Shown here one piece after another: positions 30,174 through 41,100 of a DNA stretch of 64,000 nt. The translations under genes and the position numbers were made by a program. Location of the stretch: positions 1,856,001 through 1,920,000 of the forward strand of contig CBDFJQ010000002.1 of the NCBI GenBank assembly GCA_965248575.1. Direction: 5' to 3'. Source of the stretch: Planctomycetota bacterium (GTDB lineage Bacteria; Planctomycetota; B15-G4). Numbering within the stretch: position 1 is the first letter of the stretch; each line of letters opens with the position of its first letter. A model generated the notes under the pieces. It was given only the letters and a program-made list of their open reading frames with translations, was not told where the DNA came from and ran no database searches.

Positions 30174-31595
30174 ATGCGCCTCTCTCATGCCGGTTCTCTT
30201 TCGATGCTCGGAGCCGCAGAGGCCCTCGGCAAGAGTTGCCTGCGAATCACGGTGCGCTTGCGAGAGGACCTCGAGGCTGAGCGTGTCGCCCAAGCTTGGG
30301 TACGACAATTGGCCGCCCGTCCCGCACTCTGCATGCGGCTTCGCGGACCGGCCCTGGCCCCTGAAGGTGACGCGGCCGAAGCGGATGAGGATGCGCCCGC
30401 TGCAATCTCAACACGGACCGTCGCGAACGTCCCGGAACCGTTCAGCCAGCTGCCGTTCAGCCGCCAGTATCGCTGGGAGCGGATCCCCGATCACGAACTC
30501 AGGACCTTGATCGACGCCGAGCGGATCGCGTCGGCCCGGCCTGAGCCCGCGGAAGACTTGGAGCGCTGCGCGCGCGACCCGCACGCGCTTCCATTCCGGT
30601 TGCGCATCGTGCTCGAGAAGGGGTCGGGCACGCGACTCCTGGTCGCACTCGTGGACCCTGTGTTCACGAACGAGATCGGCGGTGCGGCCTGGATCGAGGA
30701 CTGGCTTGGCTTCTATGGAAGCCCAGACGGCTCGGACCCCAAGCTCGCCCCGGCCCTGCAGACCATTCGCTTGGCGCCGAAGCGGAAGCGCCTGCTCGAA
30801 CACCTCATGCGCCCCGTGTACACCCTCGGCTGGTCCCTGCGCCATCTTCGCAGCCAACTGCTGCCGCTCGGCAAGGCCGTCGACCTGAACCTGCCCAACG
30901 CCAACAGCGACGGGCCCACACCCGCTCCGGCCTCGACCGAACGCTTTCTCACGTGGCGCCATGTGTTCACGGCCGAGGAGACCCGCACCCTGCTCCGCGG
31001 CCCGCAAGCCCGGCGCCGCACGCTCACGGTTCAGCTGCTGGTCGCCTGTGGTCGCATGCTCCTGGATGCCGACCCCCGCCGTCGTCAGGCGCGCATCGCC
31101 CTGGGCACCGACTTCGCACCCTGGATGCGCGAGATCCGACGCAGCCAACCGGGAAACAGCACCTGCTGTGTGGACATCTCCCTGCAGCGGGGTGCTCCCA
31201 TGGTGGCGCAGGCCCGCAGCGCCTGTCGGCGCCTCAACCGCGGCATCACCACCCGCATGCGCACGCGCCTCCTGTCGATGCTGAAGCACGAAGGACGCTT
31301 CCTGCGCAAGGTGACACAAAGTGCTCGCAAGCAGAGGTTGCAACACGCGCCGATCACACACGCCAGCTTGCGCCTCTCCAACCTGGGTCGCCACGCGGAG
31401 CTGCGCAGGCTCGAGCGGGATGCTGAGTGGATGTCCGTCGCCACTCCCGCCCCGTCGCTGTCGCTGACAGCGGTGCTCGTGTCCTCCACCCTCAGCCTGG
31501 AACTCTGCTTTTCGGACCAACGCCACGATGTCCAGCGCGTGCTGGATTGGGCGGCCAAGCTTCCGGAGCTGCTCAAACAGGGGCCGGGCGACTAG
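30174..31595 (+). CDS. Hypothetical protein, possibly a degenerate condensation/CoA-dependent acyltransferase fold
   Basis: About 470 aa with a C-domain/PapA5-like layout (P.L..RL; DPVFTNEIG where HHxxxDG would be; PGNST; LSNLG). The family call is tentative; an alternative start lies at 30093. Confidence 0.5.
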   Translation: MRLSHAGSLSMLGAAEALGKSCLRITVRLREDLEAERVAQAWVRQLAARPALCMRLRGPALAPEGDAAEADEDAPAAISTRTVANVPEPFSQLPFSRQYRWERIPDHELRTLIDAERIASARPEPAEDLERCARDPHALPFRLRIVLEKGSGTRLLVALVDPVFTNEIGGAAWIEDWLGFYGSPDGSDPKLAPALQTIRLAPKRKRLLEHLMRPVYTLGWSLRHLRSQLLPLGKAVDLNLPNANSDGPTPAPASTERFLTWRHVFTAEETRTLLRGPQARRRTLTVQLLVACGRMLLDADPRRRQARIALGTDFAPWMREIRRSQPGNSTCCVDISLQRGAPMVAQARSACRRLNRGITTRMRTRLLSMLKHEGRFLRKVTQSARKQRLQHAPITHASLRLSNLGRHAELRRLERDAEWMSVATPAPSLSLTAVLVSSTLSLELCFSDQRHDVQRVLDWAAKLPELLKQGPGD

Positions 31596-31617
31596 ACGCC
31601 GCTGGGGAGCTGCGTGC

Positions 31618-33468
31618 TCAAGGGGGGCTGCGCCCCCCACCCTCGCGCAGCGTCTGCCAAGCGCCTGCTGGGAGGGGACCGAAGACCTCTCGTTCACCGC
31701 TCAACCAGCGCACGGTCACCAGGCCCTCCGCTGCGTCCGTCGATGCGTTCGTCGAACTGGCCGAGATCTGGGAACCGAGACCGAAGTGCACCCGGGCGTC
31801 ACGGCTGGACAGGTAGCTCCCTCCAGCAGAGACCTCGGCCCGCCGGGATGCCCCGCCGGCGTTCCACTGCACGCTGGCTCCCAGGGCCGGCGCGCCACGC
31901 GCATCCAACACAGAGAATCCGACCCAGGCTTGTGCGGCGCCGACCTGGTTCATCAGCAGCTGGGCCGGGCCATCCCGATCCACCACGAGCACATCCATGG
32001 CGCCATCCTGGTTCACATCACCGAAGGCTGCGCCGCGACTCGTCCCTGCGTGAGGCTGGGCTGTTCCGTCTGAGGTCGACAAGCCCTGGAAGCGCCCGCT
32101 CGCCGAGCCCTGCAAAACGAGATTGGGCTCCGCGTAGGGGTCCTCTGTCCACAGCTCGGCCTGGCGACGGACCCGCCCATTGGCCTGGAAGACATCCAGG
32201 TAGCCGTCGTTGTCGAAGTCCACCAGGCCCAGGCCGAAGCGGGTGAACGTCCTGCTGGGTACGGACAGGCCCGCACTCAGGGTCTGGTCGACGAAGAAGC
32301 CACCCTGATTGAGGAAGAACGAGTCCGTTTGTTTGTCGAGATTGCAGACCATGAGATCCATGTCGCCATCCTGGTCGACGTCGGCGGCAGCCACACCCAT
32401 TCCCGCCTTGGCGCGCCCGGAATGGTCGAGAGCGCAGCCTGCCAGCAAGCCTTCGTCCACCAGGCGGGTCCCGGTCCCGGCACCCTTGTTCATCCACAGG
32501 CGATCGGGCATCCCATCGTTCGCCACGAACACATCCGGCAGGCCGTCAGCGTTGAAGTCAGCCGCCACGACGCCCAAACCCGTCCCGGGCTTGGCGCCGA
32601 CACCCCAGGCATCCGTCACGTCCTCGAATCGACCGTCCCCTTGATTGCGGTAGAGCACGTCCCGCGCCGGAGACGAGTAGTTGGCAGGATCGCAGTAGTC
32701 GAGCCCCCCCATGTCGTTGTGACACGACAATTCTGCCTGCACGGACCACCCGAGGTAGTTGGTCACATAGAGGTCCTGCAGGCCGTCCGCATCCAGGTCC
32801 ACGAAGGTGGCGCTCGCCGCGAAGCCCACATCGCCAACACCAGCCGCGTCCGTGGCATCCACGAATCCCGCGCGTCCGTCATTGAGCAAGAGCACGTTTG
32901 CACCCACGTTCGTGACGTAGAGATCCATGTCACCGTCCGCGTCCGCATCTCCGCAGGCCACACCCATTCCGTAGCCAGTGTCCGCGGCACCGCTCCCCGC
33001 ACTCACATCGACGAAGCGCCCCGTCGAGCCCCCGGTCGAGCCCCCTCCGTGTCCGCCGTTGAGGAACAGGGCGTTACCAACTGCTGGCGCTCCCGCGCTT
33101 GAAGCCAGACGCCCGCTCTGGACGCAGTAGGCATCCAAATCGCCATCTCCATCCGCGTCGAAGAGGGCTGCCCCGCCGCCCATGATCTCCGGCATGTAGT
33201 AAGGCGCGTCGTCGCCGCTGCCGTGCCCCGAGTCATGCCGGAACACGATGCCCAGCTCCCGGGCCTGGTCCTCGAACCACGGCCTGGAGACCGCAACGCC
33301 CTGAGCAGCCCTGGTCGGGGAGTTCACCTCGCCCGACGACGATCGCGTTGCCGACTGCGGGTCCGACACGATCTCTCCCGCAGCCGGAGACTCGCTGCAG
33401 CTGGAGAGGCAGGCTGCAGCGACCCAACCCAGCAGCCAGGCAGCGCGTCGACCGTCCCGCTCAGTCAT
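31618..33468 (-). CDS. CRTAC1-family FG-GAP repeat lipoprotein with C-terminal ASPIC/UnbV domain
   Basis: Lipobox-like LSSC; MPEIMGGGAALFD.DGDGDLD, repeated D.D.DG..D motifs, SRGAAFGD and GGSYLS...VHFGLG. Confidence 0.92.
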   Translation of the reverse strand: MTERDGRRAAWLLGWVAAACLSSCSESPAAGEIVSDPQSATRSSSGEVNSPTRAAQGVAVSRPWFEDQARELGIVFRHDSGHGSGDDAPYYMPEIMGGGAALFDADGDGDLDAYCVQSGRLASSAGAPAVGNALFLNGGHGGGSTGGSTGRFVDVSAGSGAADTGYGMGVACGDADADGDMDLYVTNVGANVLLLNDGRAGFVDATDAAGVGDVGFAASATFVDLDADGLQDLYVTNYLGWSVQAELSCHNDMGGLDYCDPANYSSPARDVLYRNQGDGRFEDVTDAWGVGAKPGTGLGVVAADFNADGLPDVFVANDGMPDRLWMNKGAGTGTRLVDEGLLAGCALDHSGRAKAGMGVAAADVDQDGDMDLMVCNLDKQTDSFFLNQGGFFVDQTLSAGLSVPSRTFTRFGLGLVDFDNDGYLDVFQANGRVRRQAELWTEDPYAEPNLVLQGSASGRFQGLSTSDGTAQPHAGTSRGAAFGDVNQDGAMDVLVVDRDGPAQLLMNQVGAAQAWVGFSVLDARGAPALGASVQWNAGGASRRAEVSAGGSYLSSRDARVHFGLGSQISASSTNASTDAAEGLVTVRWLSGEREVFGPLPAGAWQTLREGGGRSPP

Positions 33469-34984
33469 TCTCGCTCTCCGCGCCGATCGCCTCACTGTCC
33501 GGAGGGAATGAAGCGCTCAAGGCCGCACCCATCTGCAGGACCCTCGGGTCTTCCGGCGCCAGGGCTTGAGCGGCGGCCTGTGCTTCCTGCGCCGCAGCGC
33601 GGTCGAAACCCATGGCGAGGCCACCAAGCTGCAAGCACGCATCCAAGCTACGCGGGAAGGCTGCCACGGCTTCGCGAGCATGCTGCAACGCACGCGAGCG
33701 GTCTCCTGAAAGACCGCGGGCTCGTGAGAGCTTGAGCAAGCTGTCCAACTTGGGGCCCCCGTAGTGCAGTGCCTGTTCGAGCGCGGTCGCAGCAGACGAG
33801 AGGTCACCACTGCGCCAGGCCAGGCGGGCCGCAAGCTCGTGGCTCGGCACCCAGCCCTCCGCCTCGGACAGTGACCGAGCCACGGCGCTGGAAGCCGAGG
33901 CCAAGTCCCCCGCAGCTTCTCTCACCAGTGCGCGGAGGTACCACGCTCGGGGATGCTCGGGATGCCGGCCCAGGAAGTCATCGAGAGCCTCCTCTGCGGA
34001 CGCGAGCTGCTGCAACTGCAGCTCGGCCGCCACCAACTTTTCCAGCGCAGCCACATCGTCCGGCAACTCGGCACGCAGCGCGCGCAGGGACTCAACGATC
34101 TCCTGCGCGGCGCCCGCGCGGCCCTGCAGCACGGCGCGGCCCATGATTCCGTGGTAACCCGCGAGGTGCTCCTGGGTCTCTTCGAGCCAAGGATCAGGGA
34201 GCGCAGGAGAAGCCCCCGCCCCCCGCTCCAGTTGTTCGAGCGCGTCCGCAACCCGACCCAGGCGACGATAGGCCGTTCCGAGCAAGAAACGCGCGTAGCC
34301 ACGGTCCGGTTGAGTCTGCAAGTACTCTTCGAGCAAGGCTGACGCCGCTTCAGCATCGCCTTCGGCGAGGGCCACACGGGCGAGACCCTCCCAGCCCGCT
34401 GGGTGCGCAGGCTCCGCGCGCCGACTGGCCTCAAAAGACGCCCGGGCTGGGGCCAACGCTCCCGAGTTCAGCTGCAGCTCGCCCAAGCGGGCATGCGCCA
34501 TGGCGACCTGGGGCGCCACAGCCACGCAGGCCCGAAAGCTCTCCTGCGCGGCGAGCACCTCGCCCATCTGCTCCTGCATGCGCCCCAGGTGGTAGAGCGA
34601 CCGAGCCTTCAGTTCGGCCAGGTCGCCGCTTCCGGGCACGGCTGCGGCCCTCGTCGCCTGCACCCGATCGCTGCAGTCCACGGCCGCCAAGTAAGCCTCC
34701 GCCGCAGCACGCGGAACCGAATTGCTGTCGTAGAGCATTCCCAGTTCGAGGTAACGACTCACATCGTCGGGTTGCTCGGCGATGCGCACGTGTTGAACGC
34801 GCACCAAGTCCGCTAGGACGTCGGTTAGCCCCGCAGCGACGTCTGGAATCAAGACGGGGCGCTCATTGTGTCGTTCGCATGACATGAACGAAGACGCTGT
34901 CAGAAAACACAGCGCGACACACAGCACCGGCCATGGGGCGTACCGCGTGTCGCATGTGGAGCGCATGAATCGGGTCGGAAGCAT
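33461..34984 (-). CDS. Tetratricopeptide-repeat protein, probable lipoprotein
   Basis: Repeated TPR-like helices (Y.LG...A...A...P); 'DPWL' motif. Its 3' end overlaps the start of the CRTAC1 gene by 8 nt. Start uncertain. Confidence 0.8.
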   Translation of the reverse strand: MLPTRFMRSTCDTRYAPWPVLCVALCFLTASSFMSCERHNERPVLIPDVAAGLTDVLADLVRVQHVRIAEQPDDVSRYLELGMLYDSNSVPRAAAEAYLAAVDCSDRVQATRAAAVPGSGDLAELKARSLYHLGRMQEQMGEVLAAQESFRACVAVAPQVAMAHARLGELQLNSGALAPARASFEASRRAEPAHPAGWEGLARVALAEGDAEAASALLEEYLQTQPDRGYARFLLGTAYRRLGRVADALEQLERGAGASPALPDPWLEETQEHLAGYHGIMGRAVLQGRAGAAQEIVESLRALRAELPDDVAALEKLVAAELQLQQLASAEEALDDFLGRHPEHPRAWYLRALVREAAGDLASASSAVARSLSEAEGWVPSHELAARLAWRSGDLSSAATALEQALHYGGPKLDSLLKLSRARGLSGDRSRALQHAREAVAAFPRSLDACLQLGGLAMGFDRAAAQEAQAAAQALAPEDPRVLQMGAALSASFPPDSEAIGAESEND

Positions 34985-35181
34985 CGCGCAGAGGATAGCA
35001 AGGTGACCTGAGTATTCGGTCCACCGCTCCGTGCTGGGGCATGCGTTCCAGCTCTGGACTCCCCGGGCGCGCAGAGCAGCTCTGCTACACTGCGCTTCGC
35101 CCCTTCTTCTGCGGCTTGCGCGCCTCCCGCACCGGCGCGGACCCTCGTTCATCCCATCGCACCCCTCGGGACCCGACGCCC

Positions 35182-38100
35182 ATGGTGAGCGCCGAGAACT
35201 CGTCCGCCTCCTCGTCGGACGACGCCTTTCTTTCCCGACTGCACAACGCACCGGCCAGCGAAACCCGCCGACTGCTGCTCGAGTACACCTGCACGCTCAC
35301 GGGTCAATTCCTGAAGCTCGATCCGGGCGAGCAGATCGGGCCCCAGGACAGCTTCCTGGATTTTGGTTTCGATTCGCTGATGGCGGTGGACTTCAAGATC
35401 CTGTTGGAGGTCCGACTCGCCTGCGCCTTGCGCTCCACGGCCCTTTTCGACTGCCCGACCCCCGACGCCCTCGTGGACTACCTGTTCACGGAACTGCGGC
35501 TGGCCCCCGAGTCAACTTCCAACGATGACCCTGGTGCGCCGCAAGTCGCGCGCTTCGAACTCCCGGACGCAGAGACCCTCGCAGGGCTCTCTGCCGCGGA
35601 GCTTCGGGAGCTGTTGGCGCGACAGGAGAAAGCCCTGCGCTCGGTGGAGGAGGCCCAGCACGAACCCATCGCCATTGTGGGTCTCGCCTGCCGATTCCCT
35701 GGAGGAGTGAATGACCCGGAGAGCTTCTGGGCCCTCCAGCGGGACGGCGTGGACGCCATCGAAGAGATTCCCAAGAGCCGTTGGGACATCGATCGTTACT
35801 ACGACCCCGACCACGCCACCCCAGGCAAGATGTACGTCCGCCATGGTGGCTTCATCGACGACATCGACACCTTTGACGCCCGCTTTTTTGGCATCTCGCC
35901 GCGTGAGGCCACGGAGCTGGACCCCAACCAGCGCATCATGTTGGAGCTGGCCTACGAGGCCATCGAACGCGCGGGCATCTCTCCTGACGAATTGCGAGGC
36001 ACACCCACGGGTGTGTTCATCGGTTCGCGCGGCGCTGAGTATCTGATCGGGCAATCGGACATCGAGCCCGAAGACATCCAGACCTACTACGCCACCGGCA
36101 ATGCCCTCAGCACCTTGGCCGGCCGGGTGTCCTTCGCGCTCGGATTCACCGGCCCGAGCTTCGCCCTCGACACGGCCTGCTCCTCCTCTCTCGTGGCTCT
36201 GCATTGTGCGGTGAAGAGCCTTCGGCAGCATGAGAGCAGCGCTGCTTTGGTGGGCGGCATCAACACCTTGCTGGACCCCTTGGGAACCATCTCGGTCTGC
36301 AAGGCCTCGATGCTCTCCGAAGACGGCCACTGCAAGACGTTCGATGCGTCAGCCGACGGCTACGTGCGCAGCGAAGGCTGCGGAGTGCTGGTGCTGAAAC
36401 GTCTGTCGGATGCCCAAGCGGCTGGCGACCCCATCCTGGCCGTAGTGCGCGGCATCGCCATCAACCAGGATGGCGCGAGCGGCGGCCTCACCGTGCCCAG
36501 CGGCCCCATGCAGGAGGCGGTCATCCGCGATGCCCTGGCGGACGGCAACGTGCGCCCTCACGACGTGAGCTACGTGGAAGCCCATGGCACCGGAACCTCC
36601 TTGGGTGACCCCATCGAAGTGGGCGCCTTGGACGCCGTCTTCGGCCCAGGTCGCCCCTCGGATCGTCCACTGCTCGCCAGTTCGGTGAAGCCCAACATCG
36701 GACACCTCGAGACGGCCGCCGGCATGGCTGGCCTGATCAAGGTCGTGGTCGCCATGCAGCACGAGTGCATCCCACGACATCTCCACCTCACCGAGCCCAA
36801 CCCCCACATTCCTTGGGACAAGACGGTGCTCAAGGTGCCGCTGGAAAGCACGCCCTGGCCCCGAGCGGCAACGCCGCGCCTCGCCGGCGTCAGCTCCTTC
36901 GGTTTCAGCGGCACCAATGCGCATGTGGTCCTCCAGGATGCCCCACCTGCCGTCGCCAACACCTCGGCCCCTGCGCCCTCTCGCCCGGTGCAGGTGCTGC
37001 CCCTCTCGGCCAACACGGAACAAGCGCTCCAAGACGTGGTGCAGCGTGTGCGCTCCCTTCTTACGGACGCCGGGCAATCTGGCCCAGAGTCTGACGGCCC
37101 TGCCCTCACCAACCTGTGCGCCAGCATGGCCCTCGGTCGCGCGGCCTTCCCCTTCCGGCGAACCTTCGTCGCCGACAGCCTCGCGGACCTGCGCAGGCAG
37201 TTGGATTCGACGGCTGCCGAGTCCGTGGGTTTCTCCGGACGTGCGCCCGCCCACGCGCCGAAAGTCGGCTTCCTGTTCACGGGGCAGGGCAGCCAGCGCG
37301 CCGGCATGGGGCGCGAGCTGTACGAGACGGAGCCGTTCTTTCGCGACGCCCTGGACAGCTGTGAACAACGCCTCTCGCCAGAACTTCCGGCGCCACTCTT
37401 CGACATCCTGTGGGGTGAGCGGACGGACTTGCTCTCCCGCACCGATTGCACCCAACCGGCGCTCTTCGCCATCGAGTACTCCCTGGCACAGTTGCTGGGG
37501 CATTGGGGCGTGCGCCCCACTTGGGTCGCGGGCCACAGCGTCGGCGAGTACGCCGCAGCTTGCATCGCGGGCGTGCTCGACCTGGACCAGGCGTGCACCC
37601 TCATCGCCGCCCGCGGCCGACTGATGGTGGAGCACACACAGACCGGGAGCATGCTCGCCGTGATGGCCAGCGCAGACGTCGTGCGCGCCCTCGTGCTGGA
37701 TGACTCAGCCGACGGACCAGGGGGGACCAACACCCTCGCCCTGGCCGCCATGAACGGTGAGCAAGCCACCGTGTTGGCGGGCAGCCATGACGCGGTGGAG
37801 CGGGCTGCCTCCCAGCTCAAGCAGAAGAACGTCCGCTGCACGGCGCTGGACGTCAGCCACGCTTTCCACTCGCCACTCATGGAGCCCATGCTCGGGCCCT
37901 TCGAGGAGCTGGCCAAGAGCATGGAGTTCAAGCGTCCCCAAGTCGGGTTCATCAGCAACCTCGACCCAGGGCCTGCAGATGCCAGCCTCGCCCGGTCGGA
38001 CTACTGGGTGCGGCATGTCAGGGATCCGGTGCGCTTCCTGGACGGCATGCGCGCCCTCGAAAGGGAGAGCTGCGACATCCTGATCGAGCTGGGCCCCAGC

Positions 38101-41100
38101 CCCCTGCTGATCGGCATGGCCAAGCGCTTCTTGCGCGATGACAGCATCACCTGGGTCCCCAGCTTGCGACCCAAGCAGGACGAGGTGAGATGCCTGCAGA
38201 ACATGCTGGCCGAACTCAGCACGCGAGGTGTCCCCGTCAACTGGCGCGGCGTGCATCACGACAACCACGGTGAAGCGACGTACGAGCGCATCGAGGTTCC
38301 GACCTACCCCTTCCAACGGGAGCGCTTCTGGCTCCCGCCGCGGACGGACTCCGCCAGCCGCCCCATCGATCGCTCAGCCCATCCGCTGCTGGGCACCCCC
38401 GTCGCCGTCGCCACCATGGAGCCCGGGCAGCATCTCTTTGAAAGCTGGCTGTCCGCTGAGTCGCCAGCTTGGCTGAGCGATCACCGGGCCTTCGAGACGC
38501 CTCTCGTTCCGGCGGCAGCCTTCCTGGAGTGGGCCCTGGCAGCCGGGTCCAAGCTGCTGGGAACCCAGCACCTTCAGATTGGCGACCTGTCCATCCCTGC
38601 CGCCCTCCCGCTCGACAGCGAAGCACGGCATGTGCAGCTGCATCTGGTTCCCTCGACTGCTGAGAAACGGGCGGAGCAGGAGAGCGAAGACTCCCTCGGC
38701 AGCTTTCATTTCCGATTGCTCAGCCGAGGGGAAGGGGACGCTGCCTGGACCGAGCACGCCACGGGGGTCCTCTCCGGACACGCCAGCACGACCTGGGAAG
38801 GACAAGACGCAGAGGGGCTCGACGCCATCCGCAGTCGCTGCCCCGAAAGCCTCGATGTGCCCCAGTTCTACGCGGGCTACGACGCCATCGGCCTCGGATA
38901 CGGCCCCGCCTTCTCGGTCATCCAGTCCTTCGCGCAACAAGCGGGTGAGAGCCTCGCACTGCTCGAGCGGCCCGAGGGGGTTCCGAAGTTGCCGGGAGGG
39001 GTGCTCCACCCCGTCCTTCTGGACGGCTGTTTCCAGACGACGCGCGCCCTGTCCCTCCAGCAAGGGATCGACGGCATGTACCTGCCCACGGCCTTGGAGC
39101 GACTGAGCGTTCACGGGATTCTCGACACCGCCGCCTTCTGCCGCACCCGCATGCGTCCGCTATCGGAGGCAGGGGGCTCGTCCTCCAAGCAGGGCTCAGG
39201 CCCCCGACTCCTGGTGATGGATCTTTCGCTCTTCGCACCCGACGGCGAGCTGGTGGCGAGCGTGGAAGGTCTGCAGCTTGTGCGCGCCCAACGTGGCGCG
39301 CTGCTCGCGGGCCAGGACCCCTTCCGTGCCCTCGCCCACACCATCCGCTGGGACACGGGAGAACTGGGCTCCGCCGACGCCGCGGCCGCGACACCCGTGC
39401 AGGGAAGCTGGCTGGTGCTCGAGCACGGCAGCGGTGCGGGACAGCCTTTGATCAAGGCCCTGCAGCAGCAGGGAGTTCGCACCCTCAGCATCAGCCTGGA
39501 TGAGATCCCCGCTGATGACAGCCGTGCCTGGGAGCAACTGCTCGAGACCCTGCCCGAGGACTGCGCAGGCATCGTGCACGGGTTCAGCCTCAGCGAGCCG
39601 ACCCAACCCGGTGACCCGCAACGACTACGCGAAGTCTGTGGAACCGCCCTCGAACTCGTGAGGGCCCTCGCGAAACGGGAGACCCCCACGCCTCCGCGAC
39701 TGTTCCTGCTCACACGCGGTGCCGTCGCCGGCGACATGCATGCCGAGGTGACCGACCCCGATGCAGCCACCTTGTGGGGGCTGGGAACCACCCTCGAGCT
39801 GGAGCACCCCGAGTGGCGCACGACGCGTATCGATCTCGACCCGGCGACACCGGAGCGCAGTCCGGACACAAGCGAAGAAGAAGCGGTCGCCCTGGCACGC
39901 GAACTGCTCGGCGGTTTCCCACACACACAGGTGGCCTTCCGCGCTAGCGCGCGCAGGCTCCCATTCCTGCAGAAACGCCCCACCAGAGCGCGGGGCTTGC
40001 AGCCCCCGGATGCCCCCAGCTGGGCGTTGCGGGTGAGCGAGTACGGAGTGCTCGAGAATCTGGAGCTCGTCCCTCAACCTCGGCCCGCGCCGGGGGCAGG
40101 CGAGCTGGAGATCGAAGTCAGTGCCGCCGCCCTGAACTTCAAGGACGTGCTCTTCGCCCTGGGCATGCTGGCTGAACACACGGGCATCCGGCACGCCCCC
40201 GACCAGGCCCTGGGTCTGGAGTGTGCCGGCATCGTCACGCGAGTGGGTCCGGACGTCACGCGATTCCAAGTGGGAGACGAGGTGGTCAGTGCTGTCTTGG
40301 GCAGCATGTCGAGCCACGTCGTGGCGCCCGTGCATGGCGTGCTTCTCAAGCCCGAGATGCTGACGGCAGCCCAAGCCGCCTCCCTGCAGACGATCTTCCT
40401 GACGGCCCTCTACTCCCTCGAACACCGTGCGCAGATCCAGGCCGGTGAATCGGTGCTGATCCATGCGGCGGCCGGCGGAGTCGGGCAGGCAGCCGTGCAG
40501 ATCGCCCAGCGAGCCGGCGCCAAGATCTTCGCCACGGCGAGCCCCGGCAAGTGGCCCGCACTGCGAGCCCAGGGCATCGAGCACGTGATGAACTCTCGCT
40601 CGGTCGACTTTGCCGACCAGGTGTTGGAGGCCACGGGCGGCCGAGGCGTCGATGTCGTCTTGAACAGCCTGAATGGCGAGGCCATCCCGGCCAGCTTGCG
40701 AGCCACGGCGCCCAAGGGGCGCTTCGTCGACATCGGCAAGATCGGCGTGTGGAGCCCGGAGCAGGTGGCCGAGCAGCGGCCGGACATCCGCTATGCGACC
40801 TTCGACATGGCGCAGGTCCTGGAGCAGGATCGGGATCTGCACGCGCAGCTGCTCAAGGATCTCGCGTCGGGCTTCGAGCAGGCCAGCCTGCGCGCGCCCC
40901 CCATCAAGTGCTTCCCCCTCTCCGAGGCCGTGGCGGCCTTCGGCTATCTGGCCCAGGCCAAGAACATCGGAAAGGTGGTGCTCAGCGTACCGCGCAGCCA
41001 TGCCGGCAGCTTGCGACCGGACGCGAGCTACCTCATCACCGGCGGCCTGGGAGCCCTCGGCCTCGTGGTCGCCCGCCGCCTGGTGCAGCTCGGTGCACGA

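Noticed and set aside
34985..35251. Long N-terminal extensions of the TPR and PKS ORFs given in the ORF track
   Set aside because: They overlap each other head to head and are low-complexity; downstream ATGs (34984 and 35182) leave a plausible divergent promoter gap.
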